Source: Felis catus
Taxonomy: Eukaryota
Direction: 5' to 3'
Length of the DNA stretch: 64,000 bases
Assembly (NCBI RefSeq): GCF_018350175.1
Contig: NC_058368.1
Span: forward strand, 1,364,001-1,428,000
The translations under genes were made by a program, and so were the position numbers. The notes under the pieces are model-generated. The model searched no databases and had not been told where the DNA came from. It saw nothing but the letters and a program-made list of their open reading frames with translations. Each line of letters starts with the position of its first letter. The stretch's first letter is position 1. Shown one piece after another: positions 50,257 to 64,000 of the stretch.

Positions 50257-52139
50257 TATTCAGGTCTTCTTAAGATTAATCAAGATAGACATGACTTTTA
50301 CAATCTAGTGAGAAGGTTGAAAAATTTTTAAAGAATTGCAATAAAATGTAATGAGTGTTGATGGGGAAGTGTTACAATGTCCACAGGACTTTGCAGACCA
50401 GATCACCAAATCATTTGTATAATCATAAATGATACATCACGAAGCATGCTCACTCATGCTTACACACCCACACACACTCATTCACACGCTCACATACATC
50501 ACACTGTTACCTGCCCTGTGCCTCTGCCCGTCCTATTTCCTCTACGGGGGATGTGGCACCTCATTTCCTAATCCTTTTCCGTACCCCGGTGTTGTCTTCC
50601 GGGTGATTTCTTGTCCTTTAAAAACCTAACTGATGTCATTGCTTTGGCGCTTTCCTCATTTCCCTACACCCAGTTCACCCCCGTCTCATTTCTATTTCTG
50701 TACTTGTTTGTATATCCACTGTGGCACACACGTTGGATTCCAGCCCTGTTCTGACCCCACTGCTGTCTGTAAGCTCCCTGAGAGATGCCCACTGCATAGC
50801 ACAGTCCTGATGCCTTTGTGAGCGTTTGTCATCCTAGGCTGGAGCCTTTAGGAGAAACTTTTACAGAGGTTCCCATTTCAAGCATTTTCCTTTTGTTTTT
50901 CCCTCACCTTCCCTACTAGTGAAAGCTTCATGTCGCCTAAACTCGTAGGTCAGCAAATACTTCATTTCCACTGGCCAGTGTTGTCCTTGGCAGAGGATGG
51001 AAGGGTCAGCAGTCCTGGGTGGAGAAATGGGGAATGAGCGTACGTGGAAAGCCTGGTGACAGAGGGTCTCAAGAGCAGATGTGTTTCAAAACACTTGAGG
51101 CTCAGACACTCCAAGCTCTGCTTCACTTCCAGAACCACTCCCTTTGCAAAACTCTGCTTAAGACAATAAGAGCATAAAGGGGCTGGCCCTGCCTCCCTTC
51201 AGCGAAGCTCTCCTCTCCACAGGTGCACAGCAAGGGCCTTTTGTCTCTGATGGGACAGGCCCAGGCATCGGTGAGAAAGACAAGCACTGTGGGCCCATCT
51301 AAATATTAGCTGTGGACACTTTCCTGCTTTGAAAACATGAGATACTCTACACTCAGAGCCTTGCCTTCCAGAGAACACAATCACTTCTGTTTTTCTTTTT
51401 CCAGTGGATTGAGTCTTCACCCTGGCAGTAACTTTATCTTCACATTGCCCAAGGTTGGGAAAGTCAGGGCTTAAGCCTGCTGATCTTTGGGCAACAGTCT
51501 GCTTTCCAGCGATCTTCTCTGCCTGGGCCCCCAACAGCAGGAGATAAAGTAGAGAAACAAGAGAACACATTGAGGGTCCACGGGGACCCCTGGAATGCTG
51601 ATGAACTTCATTACATCTTCAGGGGAAACTGGCCCTAAACTGATGTTAAATAAATTTTATCTCCCGTACCCAGTGTTAAGATGGTTCTGAGATGCCCCTA
51701 TAAACTTTAACCAAAATCAATACTTTTCATGTCATTATCTGATCATACAAGGAAGGTCAATTTACATCGAATTAGAAAATGTTGCACAATGGGGCAACAT
51801 TGAGTCATGTCTTTTTAAAAAACTAAATCCAATTGAAGCTAGATTATGGCCTGTCTGGTTCGATTGTCATTTTCTCAGAGTAGATGTTGAAGGTAAATTG
51901 ACAAGTATGTCAAGAAAAGTTAGGCTCACTTTCAATTCAGTTGTGGTCTTAATTGAACATTATTCCTAATCATTGACCCTGCTGTGGCCTGAGGTCACAA
52001 GAAGAGCAGGTATGCTAGGCTCCTGTCAACACTAGCCACGAACTCAGGTTTGAACCAAAGTGAATCTGGAGTGCTTTTTCCCACTGGAGCAGTGGGTTGA
52101 GAAATGGTATTCTGAGTTTTTTAAAAAACTGCTGTCATC

Positions 52140-52400
52140 TGAAAGTGGAGACAACCCAAATGGCCATCTACTGATGAATGAACAAATAAAATGTTTATAT
52201 AATAGAATATTATTTGGCCATAAAAGGGCATGAAGTGTTGAGACATGCTACAGCACGAGTGGACCTCAGAAACATCATGCTAAGTGAAAGAAGTCAGGCA
52301 CAAAAGGCCACATATTATATCATTCCATTTATATGCAATGTCCAGACTAAGCAAGTCCATAGAGACTGAAAGTAAATTAGTGCTTCCTGGGGCAGGGGGC
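52140..52400 (+). mobile_element. L1 3'UTR fragment
   Basis: aaacatcatgctaagtgaaagaagtcag... Confidence 0.75.
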
Positions 52401-53199
52401 AAGGAGAGAGAAAAAAGAAAACCTGTGTAGTTTTGCTATATATACAGACCCATTTAAAACAATCCACTTAATGTATCAAGGGGGACCTCTTTGAATCAAC
52501 TCTTTTATTTTTAGTTTTGGAAAACTAAATATCTTACATTATATCTCAGACTTATCAACTTGGTCAAACGTGGGGGTGTTAGACATGGTCAAGGGTGTGG
52601 GGTCCCAGAACTTCACACCTTTCTATTTCTTTCCTCAGGGGACCAAATGGGCATGAGAGAGAATGTCCAAGGGCCTCACAACAAGCATAGCTGTTGCCTT
52701 AGTTCTTCTGTGTCCAGCCCATAGCCAATTGGGATACACCAGGAACAGTTGACATTCTAAGCTATAACAGGCTCTTAAGTGCCTGCAGCTTAGGATGATT
52801 CCAAGATGCAACTATAATCTGTAGCCAGAATCAGAAAAGCAAAGCAGGGAAATAATCCTCAGAAAAGCCAACGCACCCAAACACAGCAACACTTCTCTAG
52901 GACCTGGAAGTCTGGTGGAAGCGAGAATTTTAATTTCATGCTGAGAGTCACTAAAGGCCGCTAACATTGCCCACTTTACAAATGACCACTTCAGACCTGG
53001 TCTTTCCTCACAATTCCAAGACTTCCAGCCCTGCCCCTACTCTTGACCAATGACCTTAATTTGCAATTGTTGACTGGAACTGTTTCTCCAATCTGTCAGC
53101 GCCCCCTGTGTTGCCCCTACTCTTCATCCTTCCTGTTATGGTGGGTGGCAGGTCATGGCTCTAGGCAGAGAATGCATCCCTCCCACATTCTTACGTTTT

Positions 53200-53407
53200 G
53201 TTTTTTGTTTTGTTCTGTTTTGTTTTAGAGAGGGAGACAGAGCACACATGAGCAGGGGAGAGAAACAGAGGGAGAGAGAGAGAATCTTAAGCAGGCTCCA
53301 TGCTCAGCGAGGAGTCCAATGGGAGGCTCAATCCCATGGCTCTGGGATCATGACCTGAGCTGAAATCAAGAGTTGACCACTCAACAGACTGAGCCACCCA
53401 GGCATCC
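53200..53407 (-). mobile_element. CanSINE (older)
   Basis: TSD gcatccctcccac. Confidence 0.92.
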
Positions 53408-53964
53408 GCATCCCTCCCACGTTCCCAAGGAGCTGCACCTGCAGTAAACACACCCCTCTCCTTCTCTCTGGATTATCCTTAAGAGCACATGAATATGGTC
53501 TGGAATATAGTGCCTCCTTTATTTTCAAATTTCCCCTTGATCCCAATCCTTTATCTCTCCTATTTTATTTCTCTTTCTCCTTCATAGGTAGTCTAAAAAG
53601 AACTGTCTGTAATCATGGCCTCCACTTCTTCCCCTCCCATTCTTGCTATTTCCAGTCATGATGTCATTTTATTTGACCTCCTAGTGCTATTTGGTACAGT
53701 TGGCTGCTCACTCTTTCTTGATACACTCTTTGTTTTTGTTTCTGTGACATCACATTTTCCCGGTTTTCTTTTCTGTCTATTTATCACTCCTTCTTGGCCT
53801 CTTTTGCTTTCATCCCTTCCCAAGCCTGACTTCTAAATTCTGAAGTACCCCTTGGGTTTGGTCCTGGTCCCTCTCTAAGGCTTCATGATTTATAATTATT
53901 TTGCTAATTTGGATGGGGCTGAGAAGTAGGTGAGGTTTCTTGGTACCTAGGGGCTTAAGTTTTA

Positions 53965-54181
53965 AATTTTTTTTTCAACGTTTTTTATTTATTTTTGGGA
54001 CAGAGAGAGACAGAGCATGAACAGGGGAGGGGCAGAGAGAGAGGGAGACACAGAATCGGAAGCAGGCTCCAGGCTCTGAGCCATCAGCCCAGAGCCTGAC
54101 GCGGGGCTCGAACTCACGGACCGCGAGATCGTGACCTGGCTGAAGTCGGACGCCCAACCGACTGCGCCACCCAGGCGCCCC
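53965..54181 (-). mobile_element. Young CanSINE
   Basis: TSD aagttttaa. Confidence 0.97.
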
Positions 54182-54689
54182 AAGTTTTAATACTCATATG
54201 GGAATGGGCTAAGAGACAGTACACCCAAATAAGACAGGATGTTAAAATCTTATGTGGGTAACAATGAAAAGGTTACTCAGAAAAATACACAAAGGAAGAT
54301 GATAAAGGAGTCTGGGAGACAAAAAGACTTCAAAATAAGTGTGTTTAAAATGATTAAGAATGTAAATAAAGAAGTTGAAATTCCAGTTGAAATTCGAGAA
54401 TTATAATCAATTGAGCTGAAAAGGAAAGAGGAATATGCTTTAGCAAGCAATAGTGAGCAAAGAAAAGATAAAGTTTGAGTAAATGTAAAGAAATGAGAGA
54501 AAATAATAACAATTTGAAATCAGCGATGTAAAACCAAGGTGAAGCTAACAAGCTAAACAAAAATAAGATAAAATAAGGTAATTGGGTATAAGAGTAGCAA
54601 TTTAATTTCTTTAGTAATACTGGTTATGATTAGATTTGGGTTGGTCAAAAATTCATGTTTAAATTTAAAGGTAACATTTACTTTATACT

Positions 54690-55840
54690 GTATACAAAAA
54701 ATAACTCAAAATGGATCAAAGATATAAATATAAGAGCTAAAACTATAAAATTTTTAGAAGGAAATATTCATGACATTGGACTTATCAATGATTGGATATA
54801 AGACCAAAAGCACAGGCAATAAGAGAAAAAAATAGATAAATTGTATTTTATCAAAACTGAAAATTGTGTACATTGAGAGAATGAAAGACAACCTGCAGAA
54901 TGGGAGAAAACATTTTCAAATCATATCTGATAAGGGATTAATACCCAGAATATATAAAGAACACATACAATTCAATAATAAAAAACCAAACAACCCAATT
55001 AAAAAATGGACAAAGAACTTGAATAGACATTTCTCAAAAAAATCATATATAAATGGCCAATAAATGTATAGAAAGATGCTCAATATTATTAGCCATTAGG
55101 GAAATTAAAATCAAAACTGCAATGAGATATCACTTCACATCCATTAGACCAGGTATTATTTAAAAAAAAAAAAAACAGAAAATTATAAGTATTGATGAGG
55201 ATGTGGAGAAATTGGAAACTTTGTCCACTGTTGATAGGAAAGTAACATGGTGCAGCTATTGCAAAAACAAAAACAAAAACAGTCCAATAATTCCTCAAAA
55301 AATTAAAAATAGAATTGCCATATGATCCAGCAGTTCCCTCTAGGTGTACCCCCCAAAATTGAACAGATTTTTGTATGCCAATGTTTATTGTAGCACTCTG
55401 CATAATAGCCAGAAGATAGAAACAACCCAAATGTCCATGAATGATGAATGAATGAGCAAAATGTGTTTATACATATTCAGTTATAAAAAGGAATGAAACT
55501 CTGATATATACTCCAACATGAATGAACCTTGAACACATTATGTTAAGGGAAACATACTAAACAGAAAAAGACAAATACCATATGATTCCACTTATATGAG
55601 TACTTAGAATCATTAAATTCATAAAGACAGAAAATAGAATAACTGTTATCAGGAACTGGAGGGTGAGGAAGTGGGGCATCATTAATTAATGGTTACAGAG
55701 TTTCTGTTTGGGATGATAAACAAGTTGTGGAAATAGAGGTGATGGCTGCACAGCAATGTGGATGCCACTGAATTGTACACTTAAAAATGGTTCAAATGGT
55801 AAGTTTATGTCTTGTATATTTTACCACAATAAAAAAATCA
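54690..55840 (+). mobile_element. L1 ORF2 end and 3'UTR, flanked by older L1 remnants
   Basis: [31 protein letters not shown]; ends ttttaccacaataaaaaa. Confidence 0.9.
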
Positions 55841-56089
55841 CCAGAAAAATATAAGGGTAATCATTGAAAACATAAAATATATGATTTTCAAACCAATAAA
55901 GGGGAACAAACAGGAAATAAAATTATCCTTACAGAATAACAGAAAAAGAGAAAAGGCACAGTAAAAAGAGCTCAAAATAAGAATGTACAAATAAATCCAA
56001 ATGTATCAGCAGTAGTAATAAATATAAATGGACTAAACTCACCAGTTAAAAAACAGAGATTCTAAGTCTATACACTTACCATATGTATC

Positions 56090-57340
56090 CCAATCACTTT
56101 CATATTTATGTCTCTAGCCCTGATCTCAACATTGTGTAACAGACTTCTATATCCAGGCTCATACTTAACATTTCCTTTTGGAAGAGTAACAGGCATTTCA
56201 AACTTAATATGTTCAAAACATAAGGGTTCATTCGTCCCCTAAACATGTTCCCGAGTTTTCTTCCATCTCAGTCTTCCTCATTTGAGTAAATACCTTCACC
56301 ATCTACTCAGTTGCTCAAGCCAAAAACCAGAGTCCTCCTTGGTTCTTCTCATTTTTTTTCACCATTCCTCTACATCCAATCAATCAGTGAGTCTTGTCAT
56401 TTTATTGCAAAACACCTTATGAATCTGTTTCCAGCTCCATTGCTACCATCCCTGTTCAGTCCAAACCCTCCTCAAGTTCTCTAATTGATCCCTCTGAAGA
56501 TCTCCTGATGCCTCTCTTCTACTCCTTTATAAACTATTCTCCATACAGTAGACAGAGTGATTTTAATTATAAAATATTCTCTTGGGTGGCTCAGTCAGTT
56601 AAGTGTCCGACTCTTGGTTTTGGCTCAGGTCACGATCTCACCGTTCATGAGTTCAAGGCCCGCATCAGGCTCTGTGCTATCAGTGCAGAGTCTGCTTGGG
56701 ATTCTCTTTTTCCTCTGCTCTTTCTCTCTGCCCCTCCCCCACTTGTGTGTGCGCACTCTCTCTCTAAAAATGAATAAACTTTTTAAAAAATTCTATATTA
56801 TCAGTGTTATATATATTATGTTTTATAGTTTATGAACTGTGATAATAAAATAACACTTTCAGCCTATTAGCCAACTGAAGAATTAGCAGACTGTTCTTAC
56901 GAAAATTAGATCTGAATATACTTTCTGCTTAAAATCTCTAATGGCTCCCCATTACACTTGGAACACAATCCTGATCCCTACTTCTCCAAAATCCCTTTGC
57001 CCATGTTTCAATCACATTGACCCTCTTTCTGTTTCTAGAATATGGCCTAGTATGCCACCGTTCTCCATCTTGTGTTACTCAGATCTCAGTTCAAAATTAC
57101 CTTCCTAAAGAAGCCTGCTCTGACTACCTTATATAAGTAGCATTTCTACTTGCTATCATGATTCCTGTTTCATTTTCTTCAGAGCACTTTTCACTATTCA
57201 AAGGTACTAATTCATTTGATTGTTTGTTTTCCGTCTTCCTTCTGTAAGTTCCATGAGAACAGAGACCTTGTCTGTCTTATTTCCAGGTATGTCCCTAATG
57301 CCTGAGACATATAGTTGCTCAATAAACACTTTGAGTAAAC
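56090..57340 (+). mobile_element. L2 3' part, SINE-interrupted; a related piece lies at about 53420-53880
   Basis: caggcatttcaaacttaatatgttcaaaac ... tgctcaataaacact. Confidence 0.7.
56580..56790 (+). mobile_element. CanSINE
   Basis: tgggtggctcagtcagttaag body with CT tract. Confidence 0.93.
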
Positions 57341-57909
57341 ACACAGACATGAAGTAAGCTGTCAATTATGAATTGTGGTTAACACTCCCTTGTTAGATTT
57401 TTCTTTGAGCTCTTTGTTGTCAAGTCCACGTTATTCTCTTACGAATATTTCACCACAGTGAGTGATTCTAGAAAACCTTGTGGCCAGCCAGCACCTTGCT
57501 CCTGCTTCCCTAAAGCTAGCCTGGCCTGGAGTACTGGAGAAAACATCAGGTTCGCAACTGAAACTAAATATCTCGTTCTAGAGGGAAGTATGCTCCATAC
57601 TCTCTTGAGTGCTAGAAAGTTGCTTTAGTCCTGAGTATTTTCCCTGATTCCTCCAATGAATTTAACCAGATTGCAAAATTCTAGATCATTCTGTGTGCTT
57701 TCCCATGAGTATTGACAAAGCACACAATCTTCCTACTTCCATACTTGCATAAACTATAGGTAGTTTTAGATCATAAAAAAAGTCACAGTGCCTAAACATG
57801 TCTAATAATTCTCTTCAGTGGCTTGGAGTTCTGTTCTTCTTCCATAAATTCACTTCTGTATTGAGCACCTACTGAGGGCAAACACTGGCTCTGTGCTAGA
57901 AATAATACT

Positions 57910-58290
57910 GCCGTGGTTCTCAAACTTTAACGTACATAACAATTACCTATACTGTTGGTTAAAAATGCAGACTTCTGGGGGCATCTGGGTGACTCGGTTA
58001 AGCATCCAACTTCAGCTCAAGTAATGGTCTCACAGCTCCTGAATTTGAGCCTCGCATCGGGCTCCGTGCTGACAGCTCAGAGCCTGGAGCCAGCTTCGGA
58101 TTCTATGTCTCTCTCTCTCTCTCTCTGCCCCTCCCCCACTCATGCTCTGTCTCTCTCTGTCTCTCAAAAATAGATAAACATCAAAAAAAAATTTTTAATG
58201 CAGACTTCTGAGACCTAGTCCCACGTTAGCGGGTTTCAGAATGGGCTCAGGATTCGCACTATTTAATTCCTACTACATCTGATGCACATG
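57910..58290. mobile_element. MER5-like hAT MITE interrupted by a SINE; a similar element lies at about 63195-63350
   Basis: ccgtggttctcaaacttt..ttaaaaatgcagac. Confidence 0.55.
57977..58197 (+). mobile_element. CanSINE
   Basis: TSD aatgcagacttctg. Confidence 0.95.
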
Positions 58291-58544
58291 TCTGCCAACT
58301 AAAATGCCCAAAGAGAATTTGCTTGTACTTGTAAGTGTGTGGGAATTACAGCTCTTTATTTTGGTGCCCTGTACAAGTGCCCATCTCTACCACGAAAGCA
58401 AAACTCTTACAGAAAGTCTGGTTGGTTCTCTACCTTGTCTCAGTCTTCCTCTCCCAGTATCTTTGTTTAAAAAAGATCCCATCCGACATAACTAATTATT
58501 TCTAAAAGAGTTAAATCACTACATCTCGCCAAAGTTTATTCTTT

Positions 58545-58900
58545 TAAATTAATAGACTTTATTTTAAAGCAGTTTTAGGTTTACAGAAAACTTGAGGAGA
58601 AAATACAAAGAAAATACAAATGTCCCCTCCCCTCCTGCACATGGTTTCCCCTTGACATCTTGCATTAGTGTGATAATTTGTTACGATTGAGGAGCCAATA
58701 TTGCTACCTTATTATTCACTAAAGTCCACAGTTTGCACAGTTTACAGTTTTCTCTCTTTGTGTTGTGCATTCTGTGGGTCTTGACAAGTGTGAAATGACC
58801 AGCATCCGCCATTACTGAATCATACAGAATAGTTTCACTGCCCTAAAGATCCCCTGTCCTCCTCCTATTCATTCTCCCCCAACCCCCTAACCCAGGGCAT
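58545..58900 (-). mobile_element. L1 3' end
   Basis: gcagttttaggtttacagaaaa...atcatacagaatagtttcactgccct. Confidence 0.75.
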
Positions 58901-59729
58901 TTTTAATTTTAACAGATGCCCTCGAAAGATCAAAACTAGCTTCACCATTCGTTTTTTTTATTTTTGTAAATATCTTTAGTTTCAAAGTATAAATTTAGTC
59001 TTCAAACTTGACATAATTTACTTCTTATCGTATTGCTACCACCACACATAGTATAAATGACACCTGGAAGTCTTAATTTTACTTAGCCTTTGGCCATGGG
59101 CTTGGCCACATTCCAGAGCTGCTTTGGCCCCTGTTGTGTGTCTTCCTTGAAATACCTCTGTTCTCCATACATCCATCACAGTCAGGCTTCAGGGAAGAAG
59201 AAGTTCCACAGTGCTACGATTTTAATAAAACTCATCTTGGCCTTCAGGCTGGGCTGAGCCTTATTTACAAAGTTATATTCTCAAAAAATTGTATAACTGG
59301 CGATGGTCTAGGGCCCAAGTTTAAGGGAGTAGCTATACCTTCTCCAAACACCTGGCTGCAAGTAGATAGGGGGAAGGTCAGAGCCTGAGTGGATGTGGCT
59401 GGTGGGGGGGGGGGGGCGGGGGGGGTCCTCTAGAAGGCCCTTGAGAGGCAGTAATGGGCACACTCTGACAGGGTTTTGCAAGTAGTTTCATTTTGTATCG
59501 GTGTGTGCTTCTGGTATTTCCCAATAGGTAATTTGCAGGGTCAGCCTCCTCACCCATTTCTATATTCTATATTCTATATTCGACTGATGAGTTTTCTATG
59601 CCTCTGGATCAAGAAAATGACCATATTTGGTTGCAAGGTCATTATGGGATATTACTATCAGCAAGGGAAAAATGATGTGACTTATACTTTCCATTCCCAT
59701 AAATGTTTTGAAAAGTTTCAAACATTTAA

Positions 59730-59925
59730 TTTTTTAAAACGAATGTTTATTTATTTTTGAAAGAGGGGGGAGGGGCAGACAGAAAGGGAGACACAGAATC
59801 CGAAGCAGGCTCCAGGCTCCGAGCTGTCAGCACAGAGCCTGACGCGGGGCTCGAACTCACAAACTATGAGATCATGACCTGATCCAAAATCGGATGTTTA
59901 ACCAACTGAGCCACCCAGACACCCC
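59730..59925 (-). mobile_element. CanSINE
   Basis: TSD tcaaacatttaattttt. Confidence 0.95.
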
Positions 59926-60944
59926 TCAAACATTTAATTTTTTTTGACACACAAGAAAAGGTTGCATAAAGAATAATGAATTAATTGGGAGGAACATGGG
60001 AATTTTTTCAGAACAGTAGTGCTTAGTGTCTATGTCATTCTACCCGTGTCCTCTACAAGACCTGAATGATTCTCTCTACCTCCCTCCTGCAACGCAACTT
60101 GACATCATACGCTGCCCAGTCAACCCCAAGACACTGACAGGGCCTGGCTTCCTGGTGGGAATGCACTCCCAGGGTCAGATTCCAAAGACTCCCACCTGGG
60201 CATCGCTGAGGCTCTGGCCCAGTTGACACGGACTGAGTTTCTGGGGGCCGTTTCCTGAGCAACAGAGATAGCAGGTGGCCTCCACGGACCCCAAGCACAC
60301 CCTCTCAGATGACAGCTCGGGTGTCCGAGGAGAGCCTGCGGGGGAGCAGCAAACCCAAATCAGCCCTGCTGGCCAGTGCTGGGGGGCCTCATCAATCTGT
60401 CCCGCCATCAGAGCTGTGTCCTCCACACCCGTCACCTTCGGCACCAGAAGTCACAGGCGTGCAGTAAGCAGGTAGCTTAGCAGGATCCTACAGGATCTCC
60501 CATTTCGTGATAGGAAGCGGGCAACTCGCAGACCTCCGGGCGTCACTCGTCATCCTTCATGTCACGTTGCAGCGAAGCCCTCTGAGCACAAGGACTGGAG
60601 AAGATCTGGGGTCTTGCACACAAGGTGCTTAGTGAGCGCTTCCCAACGTGAGCAAGGGGCACCAGGAAAGACTAGAGTTCGCCATTGGGACCCTCCCGTC
60701 CCCCAGCTTGCTCCTGTCCCAGTTCTGTGACGCCCTTTTTGGGGAGGCACAGTGGCCCTGGACAGAAGCAAGAGGCAGACAGCGGCCTGGCCTTCTGTAA
60801 CAGACCGCCTGCCTGTGACTAAAGACCACCAAAAACCACACCTGGCAGCAACATAGAAGTCGCTGAAAACATCTCCTTAGCTTTTGCCATCAAAGTTAAC
60901 CACCTCACATTATTTTAATCATAAAGTTTTCACCTTTCCCCCCA

Positions 60945-61497
60945 GCTAACAGCTTTACTGAGATATGCATCACATATCATAAAACTCACCCTGTGTACAA
61001 TTCAGCATTTTAGTATATTCACAGAATGGTGAACTATCACTATCTAATTTTGTAACATTTTCATCGCTCCAAAAAGAAACCCTGTAGCATCATTCCTCCC
61101 TCCCCCCAGCCGGCAGCAACCATGAGCCTTTTTGTTTCTATCATCTGGATATTTCATATAGATGGAATTACACATTATGTATCCTTTTGTGACCTGTCTT
61201 CCTTCACTTAGTACAGTGTTTTCAAGGTTCATCCAGGTTATATCATGTAACACTACTGCTTTTCTTTTCACGGCTGAGTAATATTCCATGGTGTGGATAT
61301 ACAGAAGTCCCTCCTCATTCATGGGGGATATGTTCCAAGACCCCCAGTGGATACCTGAAACTGCGGATTGTACCAAATATATATTATATACATATACACA
61401 CATTATATACATGTTCTTGTATATATAATATATATACAATCCTATATATAGTTCTTATATATTCAATATATATATACCTTCTACACATATGTATAAA

Positions 61498-61530
<33 letters not shown>

Positions 61531-61620
61531 GTGTTGCTGCAAATATTTGTGTGCAAGTTTTCTTGTGGATGTATGTTTTCAGTTCTCTTAGGTGTACCTC
61601 GGAGTAGAATTATAGGTCGC
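60945..61620 (-). mobile_element. L1 3' end containing a Tigger-type MITE end (about 61301-61380) and a TA-rich tract
   Basis: Antisense EYYSAVKR..TWMNLEN; atgggggatatgttccaagacccccagtggatacctgaaactgcgga. Confidence 0.75.
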
Positions 61621-64000
61621 CTTCTTTTTGAAGAGTGGACCACGGCTATGGACATGTCACCGTCTTGTCAGCTGTGTGGTTCTTGCCGAATGTTCCGGGA
61701 ATGTTCCTGATCGCTCCCGTGCTCTGAATGGAGTGACAGATTGTCTGCTGTTGTTGACCCCATCCATGTGCCAGATGAGGGGCATAATGGCAGGCAAGAC
61801 AAAGCCCCTCCCCGACCCCCCTGTCCTTGCCTCAGTTCAAGCCGTGTCTTCTAATGATCACCTGCCCCCGTTTGCTTCCCTTAAGGCCACCCAGACATCA
61901 GGGTGAGGTGTCTATAAAGCTAGCTGATACAGCCATGTCCCCCCTCCACTTTAAACCCCCCACGGAGTTGGTCACCTCTAGGATAAAGCCAGCATACCTA
62001 AAGGTTCACAGGTCAGCAACGATGGGGCCCTTGCCTGATTCTCCACCTGCACCTGGATCCCAGCATCCCCTGCATGGAGCACCGACTCCACCTACACGGG
62101 GCCACTTCCGGGTCTTTGACGACTCCTCCCTGTTCTGTGCCCCATGGAATCTTTTCCACCGAAGTCCCCACCGCACATCCGGGGCCTACTACGTGCCAGA
62201 TGCTAGGCGTGTGCAAACCAGACAGACGCTGCCCCCACCCTCACCGTCTTTCTTCCCGAGATCATCCTTCTCGCAGTGGTGCCTATTAATCCGTCCAGCT
62301 CATCTCCCTTCCGCAACCATCTGTGAAGCTTCAGCTGACTCGCTCCCCTTCAGCTCAGGGCCGTTGCAGGAGGCAGCAGATGAGCCCTGGTATTTGGGAG
62401 GTGGGCGGAACTGGGGTCAAACCCCACCTGGGCCTCTCGCTCACACCGGGGATTCAGAAACTTAGGCAACCTTTGACGGCAGCTATCTCATCCACGGGAC
62501 GTGCAAGGGGGCACTGGACTCCCAACAGATAACACAAGTGTAAGGTGTGTAACAAGTTCTGGGCTCATCTCAGGAAGCCTTTGATAAGCCAGCGCTTATG
62601 TTTACCACTACGTGTGCATGAAACACACTAATTTTTCCCACGGAATTATCACATTGTAGGACTATTTGTTTGCACGTGCCTTCTCCCCCACTAGTCTAAG
62701 AGTCTCAAGGGCAGTAACTACTCGTTTTTAATTTTGGAATCCTCTTTCCTGGCACAGTACTTGGACAAAAAATCACGGGTCTGCCTTCGGCTTATTCGCT
62801 CAATTACCCCTGAGAGGCAGAGATGGGGAATCACACGGCTCTGGCCAGCATCGTGTTTTCCTAATAGCAAACAGAAGGATCCTAATGCACAGAGAAGGAA
62901 CCCGAGCGGCTAACAGACAGCCACACTCAGATACCTGAGGTGCTGACATTCAGCGGCCCCCAGGCTTGAACGGGTCTGTTTTCCCGGTGGTCCCCTCCCC
63001 CCTCAGCAAATCCTCGAACCTCCTTCCTGCACTGACCAAAGCGCACACAGGCCTGCTTGTCCCTTCTGGACACGGGCGCCAGGGCCCTCTGATCTCTGAA
63101 ATATGCTGACCCCAGAAAGCGGCAGCCTGGGTCCAGCTGTTCATTCTTCTGACTCCACAGAACACAGGTGGCCCCAGGAGGCCTCTACCATCAGGCTGAG
63201 GGCCCAGGGGTCTGGGAGCTTTGCTGCGCAATAGAATCACCTGGCGGTCTTAAAAAAATACTGAAGCCTGGCTCCCATCCATGGGGCTTCAAGGGTTTTC
63301 CAGTTCCCTGGGGGATTTTTTAAATGCTTAGCAAAGACTGGAGAGCCTGGGGACTAAGCTCACAGAGCAGGAGTCTCTCGCTGGTGCCCCCTCTGGATGT
63401 GTGGGCCACAAAGAACACGGAGCAGCTGTGACATCGCAGGATCAGGGCTGAGGGCTCCTGTCCTAACACCCAGGACAGACGGACCGCGGTCACAGCCCCA
63501 ATCCTGAGGCAGCGAAATCACTCTTCGGGGAGGGAAGGTAGATTTTTCCACTATGGAGTGCCACGGTTTGAAAAACAAGCAAACAAAAACAACAGTGAGT
63601 CTTTTAAAGTTAAGATGAAAACTGCCCTTAACCTGACTTCCCAGCTGGGGCGATGGGGAGCTCACTTTTCTTCTCTCAGGTGCTAGTTCCTCCTTGCAAG
63701 AGATCGGAAGGACAATGCGGACCCTGACTCCAGGGAGCTCACAGCCTAAGGGCACAGACAGACCCACCAAGTGACGAGACTACCGAGCAGCCGAAAGAGC
63801 GTTCAGAGGGAGGTGGGAAGCCGAGTCTAAGGAGCAGACCGAAGGCGGGAAGAGGCTGGCCGGGGGAGCGCCAGGGAGGTTTCGGAGACGCAGGACCCAC
63901 CTTGAGCTGGGTCTTGAACAGGTGGTTGTGGGAGCCTCTCACCCAGGCGGGTGGAGGGCAGGCGCGGGAGCAAGACGATCGGCTGTGCAGCTGGGGTGTG

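Noticed and set aside
49998..50273. Recurrent ORFs such as GQRETEHERGRGRERGRHRIGNRLQALSHQ
   Set aside because: Translations of CanSINE sequence, repeated at many SINE copies.
59403..59425. Poly-G run as a functional G-quadruplex
   Set aside because: Simple homopolymer with no supporting context, and error-prone in sequencing.
61827..62465. Longest ORF (212 aa, Pro/Ser-rich)
   Set aside because: Non-ATG start, no recognisable domain, GC-rich and probably overlapping an old L2; compatible with chance.

Overview
Mammalian genomic DNA, almost certainly a felid, judged from about 23 carnivore tRNA-derived SINEs, many of the young Felis-type form. The window is repeat-dominated and I see no intact protein-coding gene. 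The main signal lies in 1-30 kb: the unique pockets between repeats hold about 17 plus-strand exon-like segments, mostly with canonical splice sites. Their stop- and frameshift-disrupted translations carry RGS-domain motifs and run collinear with RGSL1 as I recall it, which points to a dead, possibly unnamed RGSL1/RGS22-like paralogue. Its introns carry a deleted ERV-L provirus with a tiny U1 snRNA retrocopy, a nested L1/L1/LTR/SINE stack, and a 193-bp interstitial (TTAGGG)n array with a 24-bp higher-order unit. The right half has an ERV1-type solo LTR, a 5'-inverted L1, an RPL7A processed pseudogene, old L1/L2/MIR/DNA-transposon debris and a GC/CpG-richer end. Family names come from recalled consensus sequences, not database searches, and boundaries of old repeats are approximate.
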